Shown: piece by piece, positions 26,886-27,956 of the stretch | How positions within the stretch are numbered: position 1 is the first letter of the stretch | How the letters are laid out: each line of letters begins with the position of its first letter | Source: a candidate division WOR-3 bacterium | GTDB lineage: Bacteria > Hydrothermota > Hydrothermia > Hydrothermales > Hydrothermaceae | Direction of reading: 5' to 3' | Length of the DNA: 27,956 nt | NCBI GenBank assembly: GCA_039803745.1 | Contig: JBDRZD010000022.1 | Span: 1 to 27,956 of the forward strand | Made by a program: the position numbers and the translations under genes | The notes under the pieces: model-generated | Told to the model about the DNA's origin: nothing | What the model saw: the letters and a program-made list of their open reading frames with translations, nothing else | Database searches by the model: none

Positions 26886-27937
26886 AAAAATTATTAAAAG
26901 AATTCATAAGACTTAAGAATAATCTTCCAACTTTAGCCCATATAACACTTAATATAAAATGTATGCATAAATGTAAAACCTGCAAATACTGGAAAATATA
27001 TGAAAAAAATAGAGATTATGGAATGAAAAAGGAAGAGATATTTAAAATCATAGATGATTTAATTTCCTTTGGTGTTAAAAAATTTTTATTTGTTGATACA
27101 GAACCCCTTTTAAGAAATGATTTACCCGAAATAATAAAATACATTAAAGAGAAAAACGGTTATGTTCAGATTGTTACAACAGGTATGAATTTAAATGAGG
27201 AGATTGCAAGAAAATTAATTTCTTCAAAAGTTGATTTAATAAAATTTTCTATAGATGGTTATGATGATTTAAATGATTTTATAAGAGGGGTAAAAGGTGC
27301 TTATGAAAAGGGGATAAAGGGAATAAAAATTTTAAAAGAATTAAGAAAAGATAATGAAAGACCAAAACTCTGTGTTCTTACATGTGTTTCAAAATTGAAT
27401 ATAAATGAGATTGAAAAAATAAGAGAAAAAATAGAAAAAGATACAGATGGTATTGATGAGCATTATTTCGGAAAAGTTATTCAGATTAAAAAAGAAATTT
27501 TTGAAAAAACAAAATGGAAAGGGGAAAAAATAGGAGCAATAAATTTAATTCAGGAAGAAAAACTGAGTTTAAATTATAAAGAAACAAAAAAACTTGTTGA
27601 ATTCAATAAAAATTTTCTTTCTCAAATTATAAAAATATTAGAAGGTATTTTTTATACAAGAAGGAAAAAATGTCCCTCTTTTCATCAAATTCATATAGAT
27701 GTTGAAGGGAACCTCATACCCTGTTCATTTTTAAACGGATTAAAACTTGGCAATTTAAAAAATGAATCAATAAAAAATTTATGGAGAAAAGGTAAACATT
27801 TAGAATTCATAAATTATTTAAGAAAAAAAGGATTTCCTATTTGTTTTGAAATATGCTGGAAAGAAAATATATTCAATTTAACTTCAAAAAATGCCAGTTT
27901 AAGGGAATTTCTTTTCAAAAGAATTGGCAGATTTTGA
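26882..27937 (+). CDS. Radical SAM protein with SPASM/Twitch-type C-terminal domain
   Basis: CxxxCxxC (CMHKCKTC), EPLLR, FSIDG and FIRG..GAY. C-terminal C...IDVEGNLIPC...LGNL..ESI..LW...CFEIC. TTG start overlaps the previous stop (TTGA). Confidence 0.85.
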   Translation: MKKLLKEFIRLKNNLPTLAHITLNIKCMHKCKTCKYWKIYEKNRDYGMKKEEIFKIIDDLISFGVKKFLFVDTEPLLRNDLPEIIKYIKEKNGYVQIVTTGMNLNEEIARKLISSKVDLIKFSIDGYDDLNDFIRGVKGAYEKGIKGIKILKELRKDNERPKLCVLTCVSKLNINEIEKIREKIEKDTDGIDEHYFGKVIQIKKEIFEKTKWKGEKIGAINLIQEEKLSLNYKETKKLVEFNKNFLSQIIKILEGIFYTRRKKCPSFHQIHIDVEGNLIPCSFLNGLKLGNLKNESIKNLWRKGKHLEFINYLRKKGFPICFEICWKENIFNLTSKNASLREFLFKRIGRF

Positions 27938-27956
27938 AAAATGTTGGAATTTTTTA

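Noticed and set aside
26882..27937. Radical SAM as a RiPP maturase
   Set aside because: No N-terminal RRE/PqqD domain or precursor ORF is visible, although downstream context is outside the window.
1..27956. CRISPR array, tRNA/rRNA, riboswitch, IS or prophage
   Set aside because: Intergenic gaps are all about 110 nt or less and AT-rich, with no repeat-spacer pattern, structured GC-rich RNA, transposase or integrase.

Overview
AT-rich, densely coding bacterial window. The organism is probably a thermophilic diderm of the FCB-related candidate lineages such as WOR-3/Hydrothermae. This is an inference from the E/K/I-rich cytoplasmic proteins, LpxK, Omp85 and FlgD/T9SS-like C-terminal tails. From left to right: (1) a minus-strand envelope operon (lipoprotein, ArnT/PMT GT39 glycosyltransferase, Omp85/BamA-like protein running off the left edge and missing from the ORF track); (2) three secreted proteins with a shared C-terminal sorting-type tail (lamin-tail protein, Omp28-like CxxC protein, 1559-aa beta-propeller/adhesin protein) around tldD-tldE; (3) queG and a divergent YghO/bacterial-ceramide-synthase-like GNAT; (4) a minus-strand operon in which an excised S10/spc fragment (rpsQ-rplN-rplX-rplE-rpsN-rpsH-rplF-rplR) has its own promoter and continues into holB, a glutaryl-CoA-type acyl-CoA dehydrogenase and a GMD/RMD-type sugar enzyme; (5) a plus-strand run of Na+/Ca2+ antiporter, lpxK, long-chain acyl-CoA ligase, orphan MotB/OmpA and a radical SAM protein. 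I saw no RNA genes, CRISPR arrays or mobile elements. The most notable observations are the T9SS-like cargo cluster with a gingipain-like split FnIII domain, the doubly broken ribosomal superoperon with a decayed rplN-rplX junction duplication, and a consistent promoter pattern (mostly 18-nt spacers, many leaderless genes). All family calls come from motif recognition by eye, not database searches.
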